Assembly (NCBI GenBank): GCA_964465575.1
Contig: CAYXIF010000006.1
Span: 14,445 to 78,444, forward strand
Direction of reading: 5' to 3'
Origin: an uncultured Candidatus Bathyarchaeia archaeon
GTDB taxonomy: Archaea > Thermoproteota > Bathyarchaeia > Bathyarchaeales > DTEX01
DNA length: 64,000 nt
Shown: one piece after another, positions 1 to 10,568 of the stretch
Layout: each line of letters starts with the position of its first letter
How positions within the stretch are numbered: the first letter of the stretch is position 1
Position numbers and translations under genes: made by a program
The notes under the pieces: model-generated
Told to the model about the DNA's origin: nothing
Database searches by the model: none
What the model saw: only the letters and a program-made list of their open reading frames with translations

Positions 1-100
1 GATACTTTAGAGCAAGATTTCTGTATGCACGTTTTATCTCGTCTTTCGGAGCGTTCTTCGAGACTCCGAGAACTTCGTAGTAGTCTCTTTTTCCGCTCAT
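1..100 (-). CDS. dnaJ: Chaperone DnaJ, N-terminal J-domain fragment (gene continues beyond left edge)
   Basis: Reverse complement of 1-100 starts ATG at 100..98 and reads [33 protein letters not shown], a typical J-domain start. It lies directly downstream of dnaK. It is absent from the ORF track because it is truncated by the window edge. Confidence 0.85.
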   Translation of the reverse strand, partial: MSGKRDYYEVLGVSKNAPKDEIKRAYRNLALKY

Positions 101-131
101 TTGCTAGTGACCCGGAATCAGGATGTGGATG

Positions 132-1985
132 TTATTTGACCTCTTCGTAGTCTGCGTCAACAACTTTATCTTTCTTTTCCTTAGTTTCACCAGCCTGTTG
201 CTCTGGACCTGTCGCAGCCGCTGCCTGTTGGTAGACGACTGTTCCAATCTCCTGCAGTACCTTGGCTACTTCTTCATTCTTTGCCTTGATTTTCTCAACA
301 TCTTTTTCCTTGAGAGTTTCTCTCAGCTCATTGATAGCCTTGTCTATTCTTTCGATTTGGTCTTTGCTCAGCTTGTCTGCTAGGTCCTTCTTTGTCTTTT
401 CTGCGGTATAGATCAATGAATCTGCATTGTTTCGGACTTCAGCTTCTTCTCTCCTCTTCTTGTCCTGTTCAGCGAATTCTTCAGCTTCCTTTACCATGCG
501 CTCTTTTTCTCTGCTCGAGAGCTTGGTGGAAGCCGTAATGGTAATCTTCTGCTCTCTTCCTGTGGCCAAGTCTTTGGCTGATACGTTCAGTATGCCATCT
601 GCGTCAATATCGAAGGTTACCTCGATCTGTGGGACTCCCCGGGGAGCCGGAGGTATACCTGTCAGGTTAAACATTCCTAAGGATAGGTTATCGGCTGCCA
701 TGGCCCTTTCTCCCTGAAGGACGTTGATTGTGACAGCAGTCTGGAAGTCTGCCGCTGTGCTAAAGATCTGGCTCTTCTTCGTCGGGATTGTAGTGTTTCT
801 TTCTATTATCCTTGTGAACACAGCACCGAGAGTCTCAACTCCAAGAGACAGGGGGGTGACATCCAAGAGTAAAAGGTCCTTGACTTCGCCAGCTAGGACG
901 CCTCCTTGGATGGCTGCACCAACAGCTACACACTCCATTGGATCTACTCCACGCTCTGCAGGTTTCTCCATAAGGTCTTCAACAGTCTTCCTGACCAGAG
1001 GCATCCTCGTCTGACCACCGATCAGGATAATTCTATCGATGTCCTTTGGGGTTAGCTTTGCATCTGAGAGAGTACGCATTATGGGATCGTGAATCTTCTG
1101 AACTATTGGCAAGGTCAACTGCTCAAGCTTAGCTCTATTAAGTGTCATATGGAGATGTTTTGGACCACTTGCATCACTGGCAATGAAAGGTAGGTCAATA
1201 TCCGTAGTGGTTAAGGTTGAGAGTTCTATCTTCGCCTTTTCCGCTGCTTCTTTAAGCCTCCTCATAGCCATCTTGTCGTCTCTAAGGTCTATCCCTGCCT
1301 GCTTGCGAAACTCTTCGAGTAAGTGCTGAACCACTGCGCTATCTAGGTCTGTTCCTCCAAGTTGGGTGTCTCCGCTTGTGGCTAGAACCTCAAAGACTCC
1401 TCCGCCGAAGTCCATTATTGTGGTATCGTTTGTTCCTCCGCCGAAACTGAAGACCATGATTTTCATTTCTTTCTCTAGCTTGTCCAAGCCATATGCCAAT
1501 GAGGCAGCGGTAGGCTCGTTGATGATCCTTGCAATCTCGAATCCTGCGATTTCACCAGCGTCTTTCGTAGCCTGCCTTTGGTTATCATTGAAGTGGGCTG
1601 GAACCGTGATTACACACTTCGTCAGTTTCCCACCCAAGAGAGTCTCGGCGTCTCTCTTTATCTTCTGTAGAATGAAAGCGGATATCTGCTGAGGAGTATA
1701 CTCCTTGTCGTACACTCTTACTTTGTAGTCTGTTCCCATCTTCCTCTTTACTTCGAACACCGTTCCCTCAGGATTCATGACCGCTTGCCTCTGGGCAGGT
1801 TCCCCCACGAGGAGCTGACCCTCCTTCGTGAAGGCAACCACTGACGGAAACATCTTACCGGCTATCGTGGGGCCTTCTGCACTGGGAACTATGACAGGTC
1901 TCCCCGCTTCCATAATAGCAGCTGCAGAGTTAGTTGTTCCCAAGTCGATTCCCAGGATTCTTTCTCTGGATTTGGTCTCGCTCAC
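132..1985 (-). CDS. dnaK: Molecular chaperone DnaK (Hsp70)
   Basis: 617 aa. Motifs: [15 protein letters not shown]-like FGGGTND, and a C-terminal lid ending EEVK. Full-length Hsp70 architecture. Confidence 0.97.
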   Translation of the reverse strand: MSETKSRERILGIDLGTTNSAAAIMEAGRPVIVPSAEGPTIAGKMFPSVVAFTKEGQLLVGEPAQRQAVMNPEGTVFEVKRKMGTDYKVRVYDKEYTPQQISAFILQKIKRDAETLLGGKLTKCVITVPAHFNDNQRQATKDAGEIAGFEIARIINEPTAASLAYGLDKLEKEMKIMVFSFGGGTNDTTIMDFGGGVFEVLATSGDTQLGGTDLDSAVVQHLLEEFRKQAGIDLRDDKMAMRRLKEAAEKAKIELSTLTTTDIDLPFIASDASGPKHLHMTLNRAKLEQLTLPIVQKIHDPIMRTLSDAKLTPKDIDRIILIGGQTRMPLVRKTVEDLMEKPAERGVDPMECVAVGAAIQGGVLAGEVKDLLLLDVTPLSLGVETLGAVFTRIIERNTTIPTKKSQIFSTAADFQTAVTINVLQGERAMAADNLSLGMFNLTGIPPAPRGVPQIEVTFDIDADGILNVSAKDLATGREQKITITASTKLSSREKERMVKEAEEFAEQDKKRREEAEVRNNADSLIYTAEKTKKDLADKLSKDQIERIDKAINELRETLKEKDVEKIKAKNEEVAKVLQEIGTVVYQQAAAATGPEQQAGETKEKKDKVVDADYEEVK

Positions 1986-2512
1986 TTTTCTTCACTTCCT
2001 TCTTCAATGTTTTTTACGATATTCACGATACTCGGCCTTAAAACCTTGCCTTTAAACATGAAACCCTTCCTAACCTCTTCTACTATGATTCCATTCTCGT
2101 GTTCTTTCGATGGCACTACTGCCAAGATCTCATGTGTGTCAGGGTCAAAAGGCTGTCCAACAGTCTTTATTTTCTCTAATCCTTCTCTCTCTAATAGTGC
2201 GCAGAGATTTCCGTAAACCATCTCTACACCCTCTCTAAGAGCATCCATATTCTTCGTATTCTTGCCTACCTCCACCGCCTTGGCCAAGTCATCAACAACA
2301 TCGAGAAGGTTCCTAATCAACTTCTCGTTCCCCCTTTCACTTATTGAATGAAGCTCCTTCTCCATACGTCTCATGTAATTCTCAAAGTCCGCTTGCAGAT
2401 ATTTCAACCTGTTCAAGTAATCCTTCGACTTTTCTTGTTCAGTCTTCAGAGCTTCCTTTAGACTCTCCATCTCCTTAGCTCGCTTATTCGACTCTTTCTT
2501 TTTCAATATCAA
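1982..2512 (-). CDS. grpE: Nucleotide exchange factor GrpE
   Basis: 176 aa. Coiled-coil N-terminus followed by [13 protein letters not shown]-like motif ([16 protein letters not shown]) and a C-terminal beta domain ([11 protein letters not shown]). The stop overlaps the dnaK start by 4 nt. Confidence 0.9.
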   Translation of the reverse strand: MILKKKESNKRAKEMESLKEALKTEQEKSKDYLNRLKYLQADFENYMRRMEKELHSISERGNEKLIRNLLDVVDDLAKAVEVGKNTKNMDALREGVEMVYGNLCALLEREGLEKIKTVGQPFDPDTHEILAVVPSKEHENGIIVEEVRKGFMFKGKVLRPSIVNIVKNIEEGSEEK

Positions 2513-2632
2513 TCCCCCTCTATCTGAAATGCGCCTAGATTCTCATCGATTATCTCAGTAATTTCAACGAGCTCTCAGACATGGTTCACAACCTCTTGAT
2601 TCGCTTAGTGATGGGCACCATGCTTCGTTCTC

Positions 2633-2878
2633 TCAACTTGATAGTCCCTTGTAATGTAATGATTTAAACATATCTCTCATTGTTCTAGGAGCAGTCCAGC
2701 AATATTCAAGCGCTGCAGTCTTTATCAGGTTTTCGAGTTCGAAAAGTCGGACAAAGACATCTTCACTAGACATGAGAGATGGCTTGGTCTTGTTATGGGT
2801 TACTGGGATGCATCTAGGCGCAAGACGAGTTTTCATCATTTTTGAGACTAATATGCGCGTATCGACAGACCACAACAA
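2633..2878 (-). CDS. Hypothetical protein (weak call)
   Basis: 81-aa ORF in otherwise ORF-poor spacer upstream of grpE. No recognisable motif. Confidence 0.2.
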   Translation of the reverse strand: MLWSVDTRILVSKMMKTRLAPRCIPVTHNKTKPSLMSSEDVFVRLFELENLIKTAALEYCWTAPRTMRDMFKSLHYKGLSS

Positions 2879-3077
2879 TGGTCAACCGGATGGCGCGTGA
2901 GTGTACGCTGTTCGAACCCCTAGGGGAACATAGGAGAAGAGGCCGTGACAAGACCGTCTATCGGCCGTCTTAGAAAGACCAGCGTAGTGCCAAATCAAGG
3001 GAATCTCGATATTTCCTTCATATCTTTCACGAATCTAGGGAACTATTTCTGAACTAGTACTACCAGACACAAACTAA

Positions 3078-4397
3078 GTGAGGAGGTTCTATCTGACCGA
3101 GCTTGGTCCCAGCTTCCTTTCTCTGCTCTCAGAAACTCTGTATCTAAGCCAACGCTTATATCAGAAGATTGCCTTTTCTGGTGCCATGGCCGAGGCTACA
3201 ATCCAGTCCTTCCGCACATGGATGAGGCAGAGCAGGAACTGGAGGATCATATCAGCAAGGTCCATGATGAACAGGTTCTTCCAGCGTCTGACTTTGCCCT
3301 ATGACAGCATCTACGTCAGAGCTCTCGGCGCAGACCCGATCGAACTTGGCGTGGTCAACAGCTTCTCACACGTGATGGGAGCCTTCATCTCAGTTCCAGT
3401 TGGGTGGCTCCAAGACAGGTACAGCTTAAGGAAGATCTTCCTGACGGGTGTTGTTCTGTCTCTCGTCGTGAGTCTGATGCACGCTACAGCCACGAATTGG
3501 GTGATCATTATCCCCGCCATGTTCCTGTCCGCGTTAGCTATGAGGGTGGGCAGCTGTTTGACGATCTGTGATGTCTCTCTGAAGAGCAAGGACAGAGCCA
3601 GCTGCAAAGGCATATGCGACGGAGTCTTCGCTGCACCTTCCCTCGTTGCACCCACGCTGGCAGCTTTGGTGATAACCCATTTTGGGGGCATGAGAGCCGA
3701 TGGCATCAGACCTCTATACTGGATCCAGCTCGCAGCTGACCTCGCGCTCTTCTTGTTTCTGGCCACTCGGCTGACGGAGATCGACAGACCAGAATTGCAG
3801 CGCAATACGAGTTTCTTAGAGGACTACCGTGAGGTGTTCAGGAGAGGCACTACGCCGAAGAGGTGGATAGTATTCTCCGCTGTAAGCAGCTTCTCGGCAG
3901 CCATGGTTGCCCCTTTTTCTCAGCCTTTCACTCACGAGATTAAGGGTGCGGACCAGTTCGTACTTAGCGGGATGATCACAACCTCGCTAGCAGTTCAGAT
4001 CCTTTTTTCTGCCTATCTCGGTAATCTAGCCGACAGAACTGGGCGTAAGCGGGTTATCTACGTTGTGGAACCCTTGTATTGGACCTCTATTCTGATACTC
4101 GTTTCTGCGCCATCTACAGAGTTTCTAATAGTCTCAGCTATCCTGTCAGGATTCCGAATCATTGCTGAATATGTGTGTGTAACGCCTCTGATGGTTGAAC
4201 TGGTCCCAATAGAATGCATTGGAAGATGGCGAGGCATTCTGGGCCTTTTTCAAGCCTTAGTCTCCATTCCAGCGCCCATCATCGGTGGGATCATTTGGGA
4301 GATCTTAGGGCCATCTTTCCTCCTCCTACTTCCAATACTGATCGGCATTTTTGTGCGAATCCCTATTCTAACAACAATACGCGAGAAAGGAAGGTAG
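3078..4397 (+). CDS. Major facilitator superfamily (MFS) transporter
   Basis: About 12 hydrophobic segments, with MFS-like loop motifs (GWLQDRYSLRKIF, GNLADRTGRKRV). The true start is more likely ATG 3186 (MAEATIQSF). Confidence 0.75.
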   Translation: MRRFYLTELGPSFLSLLSETLYLSQRLYQKIAFSGAMAEATIQSFRTWMRQSRNWRIISARSMMNRFFQRLTLPYDSIYVRALGADPIELGVVNSFSHVMGAFISVPVGWLQDRYSLRKIFLTGVVLSLVVSLMHATATNWVIIIPAMFLSALAMRVGSCLTICDVSLKSKDRASCKGICDGVFAAPSLVAPTLAALVITHFGGMRADGIRPLYWIQLAADLALFLFLATRLTEIDRPELQRNTSFLEDYREVFRRGTTPKRWIVFSAVSSFSAAMVAPFSQPFTHEIKGADQFVLSGMITTSLAVQILFSAYLGNLADRTGRKRVIYVVEPLYWTSILILVSAPSTEFLIVSAILSGFRIIAEYVCVTPLMVELVPIECIGRWRGILGLFQALVSIPAPIIGGIIWEILGPSFLLLLPILIGIFVRIPILTTIREKGR

Positions 4398-4611
4398 TTG
4401 AGCAATACTCCAACAATACGGCAAAGCGAAAGAACGACAATGTCAACAGCAAGCGGGAGAACCAAGAAACCAGGCTCTTCACAAAGCCTAAGAACCTTTT
4501 TGACAAAAGCTGTTTCCCAGGCAGATCGCAATGGCGGAGATTTTCGAAGCTTTGATAACACATTATTCTCTTTGCTAACTATTCATGTAGGATAGAGGTC
4601 ATAGACTCGAA

Positions 4612-5058
4612 CTAGCGCTTGAAGAGTAGCCAAGCCTCCTCTTGCTTCTCGAATCTGATTAAGAAGTATTTGCCGCATAGTTTGCTGCCCCTAATGTTGA
4701 CTACTATCTCATTCTCCTGCCATTTCTCGGTCTCATATGTTCCTCTATCCCAGATCTCGACAGTTCCGGCCCCATATTCGCCTTCTGGGATTGTGCCTTC
4801 GAAAGTGGCGTACTCTATTGGGTGATCCTCGACTTTCATTGCCAACCTTTTCACGGCTCTGTCTAGAGGAGGATCCTTTGGAACCGCCCAGCTTTTGAGG
4901 ACTCCGTCCCTTTCTAGCCTGAGATCATAATGCAGATGAGTGGCTGCATGCTTCTGGATGACGAAAATGCTTCCTGACTCATTGTTGGGCTGGGCTGCGC
5001 ACTTGGGTTCATCAGTCTTTGCAAAGCCCGGTTTCCTCTGGTTCTCATCCAACGACAT
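4612..5058 (-). CDS. Stand-alone DNA ligase D-type 3'-phosphoesterase (PE) domain protein
   Basis: 148 aa with [33 protein letters not shown] and [33 protein letters not shown], the hallmark LigD PE-domain motifs. Confidence 0.8.
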   Translation of the reverse strand: MSLDENQRKPGFAKTDEPKCAAQPNNESGSIFVIQKHAATHLHYDLRLERDGVLKSWAVPKDPPLDRAVKRLAMKVEDHPIEYATFEGTIPEGEYGAGTVEIWDRGTYETEKWQENEIVVNIRGSKLCGKYFLIRFEKQEEAWLLFKR

Positions 5059-5213
5059 GACTGAATCTCTGTTAAGGGCATCTAATAAACTGATTGAGCG
5101 GGGACGTGGCCGGCTCTCCTATCCTTGTTTTGGGCGACGATTCAGTTAGGACTCTGCGAAAACTCAGTCAAGAAGGCTGGACGTAACTCTTAAGTGAATA
5201 CAGAAGAATACAG

Positions 5214-5780
5214 GTGAGAGAAATGAGAGTCATCGGAGTGTCCTGCAGTGCCAGAATCAACAAGAACACAGCTGACCTTCTGAACCTTGCTCTAGAGACG
5301 CTAAGGAAGAAGGGCATCGATACAGAACTCATCCAACTGGCTGATTTCAAGATTCGTCCTTGCCAAGGCTGCAACTACCAATGCCTCTCACGTGCCAAAC
5401 GCGACTGCCCCCTAAAGGACGACGATGTTCCCCGAATCTTGCAGAAGATGGCAGAAGCAGACGCCGTTGTCTTCGGCGTCCCGGTCTACTCGGGAACAAT
5501 ACCCTCGTTATTGAAGATTCTTTTCGAAAGATCCCAAGCCCAGGCTCCTGACGAACGACGGAAGCATCCTCAGATCACAGGCGTGATAATACTTGGAACA
5601 TACGGCCATTTGAACGTGCTGGCGGCTCTGGCACCTTGTATCATGCACTACCCCATATCGAAGCCTGTTGGTTACGCCATGGCGTTGGGTTGGCACAACG
5701 CAATCCAGAATGAAAGAACTCGGCAAGAGGTCCTTGAGCTCGCCGAGAATGTCTACAGGGAACTCGTCCTTCGAGGATGA
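5214..5780 (+). CDS. NAD(P)H-dependent FMN reductase / iron-sulfur flavoprotein-like
   Basis: MRVIGVSCSARINKNT flavodoxin-like N-terminus, a CQGCNYQC cysteine motif and VFGVPVYSGTIP. Likely start is ATG 5223. The stop overlaps the lysK start (ATGA). Confidence 0.65.
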   Translation: MREMRVIGVSCSARINKNTADLLNLALETLRKKGIDTELIQLADFKIRPCQGCNYQCLSRAKRDCPLKDDDVPRILQKMAEADAVVFGVPVYSGTIPSLLKILFERSQAQAPDERRKHPQITGVIILGTYGHLNVLAALAPCIMHYPISKPVGYAMALGWHNAIQNERTRQEVLELAENVYRELVLRG

Positions 5781-7459
5781 AACCTTATAAAACTCGCGAG
5801 CTCTTCATAAGCTCCAGCGACATCACCATAGGAACGTCGGCAGCATTGGACGATGTGATTGGGCACGGCACTTGGTATGACAAGATCGCCGTCGACATAG
5901 TGAACAGGGAGAAGAAGCTGGGCAGAAGCCTAGATCTGGTAAGGGTCGAGAGCGGGGTCGCCGCTTCCGGAATCCCTCACATCGGCAGCCTGGGTGAGGT
6001 AACACGCAACTATGCCGTATCCTTGGCTCTCGGAGAGCAGGGCTACAACTCCGAGTTGATAGTATTCTCAGACAACAAGGACGGTCTAAGAAGCGTTCCC
6101 GCCGGGCTGCCAAAGTCTCTCCAGAAGTTCGTCGGCGTTCCCGTTAATGAAGTTCCTGATCCTTTCAAGTGCCACAGCAGCTACGGCGACCACATGGTTA
6201 GTCTCCTTCTAGATGCCTTGGACACGTGCGGAGTCAAGTACACCTCCATCGCAGGCGCCGAAGCATATGCGAAGGGCATGCTGAAAGACGAGATACGACT
6301 GCTTCTGGAAAGTGCGAAGCGGATAGGGGAGATTGTTAAGGAAGAGACCGGGCAGGAAAAGTACCTCGAAGCGCTGCCATACTTTCCGACCTGCACTTCT
6401 TGCGGAAGAATCTACACAACAAGAGCCTACGAGTTCCTCCCGAAAGAGGAAAAGATTCTCTACGTGTGCGAAGGCATGGAGATCAAACGCAAATGGCTGG
6501 AAGGATGCGGATACAAGGGCGAGGCAGACTATGCTAGGGGAGAAGGTAAACTAAGCTGGAAGGCCGGAGAGTTCGCAGCCAGATGGCGTGCCCTCGGAGT
6601 CAGGTTCGAAGCTTACGGAAAAGACATAGCAGACTCGGTAGCAGTGAACGACAGAATCTCGCGCGAGATACTCGGATATGAACCGCCAATGCACGTGCAG
6701 TACGAGATGTTCCTCGATAAGGGGGGGAAGAAAATCTCGAAATCCAAGGGCAATGTTCTTGCGCCTCAAGTCTGGTTCAAGTATGCCTCGCCCAGGTCAA
6801 TGGTTCTGCTAACACTGAAGCGGTTTGTCGGAACACGAAATATCTCAATGGTCGACATCCCACGTTACATGGATGAGTTGGATGATCTTGAGAACGTTTA
6901 CTTTGACAGAAAACGAATCGAAGATGCGAGAGAAAGAACGAAGCTCACAGGCCTGTACAAGTACTGCTGGTTCATGCGACCCCCAGAAACCCCCAGCGTG
7001 CACGTCCCTTACAATCTGCTGATAGGTCTCGCGAAGGTGGCCCCTAGAGGTTCGGAGGGCAGCTTCATCATGGCCAAGCTTCGATACTACGGTTACGTCA
7101 AGGACTCAATCTCCGCTGATCTCGTAACGCGAACAGGATACGCTTTGAACTGGGCTGAAGACTTCAAAGAAGCTATAGGGACGCAGGTTGAGCTAAGCTC
7201 GGAGGAAAGAAGCGCAGTTGAGCAGCTGATCCAAGCGCTCGGTTCACTGGGTGAGGCGGAAGCAATCCAAAGCTCTATTTTCGACATCGCCAGACGAACT
7301 GGAGTAAAGCCGAAAAGGTTCTTTGAGGTTCTTTACCTACTTCTCTTGGGAACGCCGTACGGTCCGAGATTGGGCCCCTACATTGCTGATCTGGGAAGAG
7401 AAAATACACTCCAATCGCTCAGCAGGAACCTGAAGACGTCCGCAACGTTCAAGACCTAA
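5777..7459 (+). CDS. lysK: Lysyl-tRNA synthetase, class I
   Basis: 560 aa. HIGH-type motif GIPHIGSLGEV and KMSKS-type motif KISKSKGN. Archaeal class I LysRS layout. Confidence 0.9.
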   Translation: MKPYKTRELFISSSDITIGTSAALDDVIGHGTWYDKIAVDIVNREKKLGRSLDLVRVESGVAASGIPHIGSLGEVTRNYAVSLALGEQGYNSELIVFSDNKDGLRSVPAGLPKSLQKFVGVPVNEVPDPFKCHSSYGDHMVSLLLDALDTCGVKYTSIAGAEAYAKGMLKDEIRLLLESAKRIGEIVKEETGQEKYLEALPYFPTCTSCGRIYTTRAYEFLPKEEKILYVCEGMEIKRKWLEGCGYKGEADYARGEGKLSWKAGEFAARWRALGVRFEAYGKDIADSVAVNDRISREILGYEPPMHVQYEMFLDKGGKKISKSKGNVLAPQVWFKYASPRSMVLLTLKRFVGTRNISMVDIPRYMDELDDLENVYFDRKRIEDARERTKLTGLYKYCWFMRPPETPSVHVPYNLLIGLAKVAPRGSEGSFIMAKLRYYGYVKDSISADLVTRTGYALNWAEDFKEAIGTQVELSSEERSAVEQLIQALGSLGEAEAIQSSIFDIARRTGVKPKRFFEVLYLLLLGTPYGPRLGPYIADLGRENTLQSLSRNLKTSATFKT

Positions 7460-8744
7460 TACTTTTAGGAAGTTCCTCGAGACTTACCGTCTCCTGCAGT
7501 TTGCACCTCATGTCACGAAGGACTACCTTCCCTTCCTTCATCTCTCTCGGACCCACGATCACGGCGTGTGTCACCCCTCTCCTGCCAGCGTCGGACAGAG
7601 CCTGAGAGACAGAGCGTCCCATAGTCTCCAGCGCGGTCGTTAGTCCTCTCTTCCTAAGATTTGAGGAAATCATAATAGCCTTGTCGACTATCCCTCCGTC
7701 AACGGGTATCACTATCACTCTTGGTTCTTCAGAGCTGGGTAACACCGTTCCTTGCAGCTCTAAGGCTAGAGTCAGTCGGTCTATCCCTTGAGCTACGCCT
7801 ACAGCAGGGATCTTTCCGCCACCGAAGATCTCGACAAGCCTGTCGTACCGTCCTCCGCCGCAAAGGGCTACGCTCATGTCTGCAATGTAGACCTCGAAGA
7901 TGACGCCTGTGTAGTACTCCAGCCCACGTGCAAACCCGGCATCAAGAGTAATGTCAATGTTTAGGCCACTAGCCTTCAGCAGGTAAATGATCTCCCGAAG
8001 GTTCTCCACGGCTTTCAAGGCTTCTGGGTAGTCTCCGATGACTTTACCTATCAGTGAAGTGACAGTCTCTGAATCTTTTCCTCTTATCTTGAACAGTCTT
8101 TTCAACACGTCTAGGCACTTGCTAGAGGCGCCGGCCTCCTTTACAAGCCTCAACGCATCGTCCCAACGCGCCTTATCGAGCATCTGCATGATGCTTCCTT
8201 GTCGTTCGTCTTCGATTCCTTCTGTGCCAAGGACACCTCGAAGGATTCCAACATGCCCAGTCTTGAAATAGTAGTCCCGGAGCCCGCTCTTGTCCAAGTA
8301 GTCCTTTGTAAGCGTGAGAATCTCAGCGTCAGCTTCCGGCCTGCTTGATCCAAAGAGCTCGTAGTTGGCTTGCCAGAACTCACGGTACCTACCCGACTGT
8401 GGTTCATCATAACGGTAGAGGCTGCCGGCAGAGAAGAGCCTCAATGGCTTGGGAATGCTCACCATCTTCGTGGAGACAAGCCTAGCCACGGATGCAGTAA
8501 ACTCAGGTCTAAGCGCGACTTTCCGCCCGCCTAGATCTTCAAAGACGTACATACGTTTTCTGTTTTCTTCACCAATCTTGGCAGCCAAGAGCTCGTATCT
8601 CTCTACGACAGGTGTGATAACCTCCTCGTACCCGTACAGCTTGGCCAAGTCGCGCGAAACCTGTTCGACGAACCTTAGCCTCTGCGTTTCCTTGGGTAGA
8701 AGGTCTCTCATGCCTCGCACAGTCTGACGGAAAGCTGACGGCAC
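7449..8744 (-). CDS. hisS: Histidyl-tRNA synthetase
   Basis: 431 aa. Class II motifs (RPEFTASVARL, YRYDEPQSGRYREFWQ, CGGGRYDRL) and a C-terminal anticodon-binding domain. Converges on lysK with an 11-nt overlap. Confidence 0.93.
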   Translation of the reverse strand: MPSAFRQTVRGMRDLLPKETQRLRFVEQVSRDLAKLYGYEEVITPVVERYELLAAKIGEENRKRMYVFEDLGGRKVALRPEFTASVARLVSTKMVSIPKPLRLFSAGSLYRYDEPQSGRYREFWQANYELFGSSRPEADAEILTLTKDYLDKSGLRDYYFKTGHVGILRGVLGTEGIEDERQGSIMQMLDKARWDDALRLVKEAGASSKCLDVLKRLFKIRGKDSETVTSLIGKVIGDYPEALKAVENLREIIYLLKASGLNIDITLDAGFARGLEYYTGVIFEVYIADMSVALCGGGRYDRLVEIFGGGKIPAVGVAQGIDRLTLALELQGTVLPSSEEPRVIVIPVDGGIVDKAIMISSNLRKRGLTTALETMGRSVSQALSDAGRRGVTHAVIVGPREMKEGKVVLRDMRCKLQETVSLEELPKSIRS

Positions 8745-8849
8745 CAGTGATCCCTCATGCTCGCGTCAAGTCGCAAGTGTCAAGCTGCATAGTCTGCGGT
8801 AACGGTATAAGACTTTTTTCATCAATTACTTAGGCGCCGAAACCTTATG

Positions 8850-9422
8850 CTATTCGAAGGCCAAACGCGAGAGGGAGTAGTAGACGATCTCGCCTCTTCT
8901 GTTCAGGACGGACAGGATGAGCGTCTTTTTCTGGCTTTGCACATGCGTGAGGATCTGGGCTAGATCCTCGACTGTAACCGGTTGTCCTTCCCGGATTCCA
9001 AGGACCAAATAGTCTGCGGTAGACTTGCCGTATTCGCCTCTCTTGTAGACCCGGAAATCGATGCCCAGGCCGAATCCTTCACGAACGACGTAGCCCCTGC
9101 TTCGGAGGTCTCGGTATATGAGGTATCTTGCCCAAGCGTCTACATGCACTGAGCGAGACTTCTCAAGGAGTTCCTGAAATGTGAGGTTCCTGTCGGCTTT
9201 CTCGTCCCAGACTTCGACTATACCCTTGCTCATAAGATACAAAGCTTCGTAGAAGGTTAGGACAAGGTTTCCATCCTTTGGAGTTCCATACCCCCTAGAA
9301 GAGAGACCTTCGACATCTTCTGACGGAGGAACAAAGACGCCGCCCTCCTTTGGAACAGCCTTGATGATGACCTTCTCTTCTTCCTTCTCCTCGACTTCCT
9401 TGTCTTCATCTTCGGCCTGCAT
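8850..9422 (-). CDS. endA: tRNA-splicing endonuclease
   Basis: 190 aa with YLIYRDLRSRGYVVREGFGLGIDFRVYKRG, the catalytic-domain signature. Has an acidic N-terminal extension. Confidence 0.85.
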   Translation of the reverse strand: MQAEDEDKEVEEKEEEKVIIKAVPKEGGVFVPPSEDVEGLSSRGYGTPKDGNLVLTFYEALYLMSKGIVEVWDEKADRNLTFQELLEKSRSVHVDAWARYLIYRDLRSRGYVVREGFGLGIDFRVYKRGEYGKSTADYLVLGIREGQPVTVEDLAQILTHVQSQKKTLILSVLNRRGEIVYYSLSRLAFE

Positions 9423-9445
9423 GTTCTCACTCTGCGCTCTAGGTT

Positions 9446-10483
9446 CTAAAGCTTACTCTCAGGAGATCTCTTTCTCACCAATGCGCGGAATCCTCTCGGT
9501 GACAGGACCCCCTTCTCGCATATGATGGCGTCCACATACTTTAACGGCGTGATATCAAAGGCTGGGTTCATGACTTTGACCCCTTCAGGGGCGATCCCTA
9601 CTGTACGAACATGGGTAACTTCGCTCGGGCTCCTTTCCTCAATGATCACTGCCTCCGATCGACGGGAAAGGTCGAAGGTGGACACAGGGGCAGCAACGTA
9701 GAAGGGGATTCTGTGTTCATGAGCAAGGATCGCGATCGTGTAGGTGCCTATCTTGTTTATGACAGCATCTTGCACGATTCTGTCTGCGCCAACGATGACC
9801 TTGCTTACAAGCCCCTTGGACATTGCGTAACCAGCCATGTTGTCCGTGACCAGGGTTACGGGTATGCCATCGCGCATCAGCTCATAGACAGTGAGGGTTG
9901 CGCCTTGGAGTTTTGGTCTTGTTTCGTCGGCTATCACACTTACGCGTTTTCCTTCTTCCCAAGCCGCCCTCACAACGGCTAACGCGGTGCCATAGTCGAC
10001 CGTTGCTAGGCGCCCGGCATTACAGTGGGTCAGAATCACATCGCCATCGGAGATAAGCTTCGCGCCGTGTTTGCCGATTCTCTGGTTGACCTCAACATCT
10101 TCATCAGCCATCCTTTGAGCTTCAGAGATGACGACAAGCCTCAGTGATTGAGTGTCGCCTTTCGTGTTCCAAGCCTTAGACAGGATTCTGTCAACAGCCC
10201 AGAAAAGATTAACAGCCGTTGGTCTTGTCGCCTTCAGGATTTGCGCGGCTTCCTCTAGGTCTTTCATGAGAGAGTCTCTAGTTTTGGCCCTTGAGTGATG
10301 GGCTGCCAAAGCCATTCCGAAAGCAGCTGCGACTCCTATGAGCGGAGCTCCTCGCATCTTCATCTCCCTAATGGCTGAGGCTACTTGCCTGAAGTCTCTA
10401 ATCTCAACCCAAACTTCTCTATCAGGCAGCAATGTCTGGTCAATTGTGACAACAACACCATCTCTCCATTCAATCGTTCTCAT
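9446..10483 (-). CDS. mtnA: S-methyl-5-thioribose-1-phosphate isomerase (eIF-2B alpha/beta/delta-like family)
   Basis: 345 aa. TIEWRDGVVVTIDQTLLP...MKMRGAPLIGVAAAFG N-terminus typical of MtnA, and GADRI near the C-terminal half. Confidence 0.85.
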   Translation of the reverse strand: MRTIEWRDGVVVTIDQTLLPDREVWVEIRDFRQVASAIREMKMRGAPLIGVAAAFGMALAAHHSRAKTRDSLMKDLEEAAQILKATRPTAVNLFWAVDRILSKAWNTKGDTQSLRLVVISEAQRMADEDVEVNQRIGKHGAKLISDGDVILTHCNAGRLATVDYGTALAVVRAAWEEGKRVSVIADETRPKLQGATLTVYELMRDGIPVTLVTDNMAGYAMSKGLVSKVIVGADRIVQDAVINKIGTYTIAILAHEHRIPFYVAAPVSTFDLSRRSEAVIIEERSPSEVTHVRTVGIAPEGVKVMNPAFDITPLKYVDAIICEKGVLSPRGFRALVRKRSPESKL

Positions 10484-10568
10484 CTAGGCGCCTCCCTTCA
10501 CCTCTACACTCCGTCAATCTGGAGGATAGGAACTGACGGGTTATATTATGTTTTGCAGTGAAGCTTCC

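Noticed and set aside
123-2216. Plus-strand ORFs (123-383, 427-717, 724-1014, 1366-1692, 1828-2055, 2007-2216) inside dnaK/grpE
   Set aside because: They are antisense to strongly supported chaperone genes, low-complexity and hydrophobic, with no motifs. These are typical shadow ORFs. The same reasoning applies to most short overlapping ORFs in the track throughout the window.
2513-2640. Candidate C/D-box sRNA (AGTGATGG ... CTGA-like)
   Set aside because: The C box is imperfect (GTGATGG, not RUGAUGA), and no properly spaced D/D' CUGA and C' boxes or terminal stem were found.
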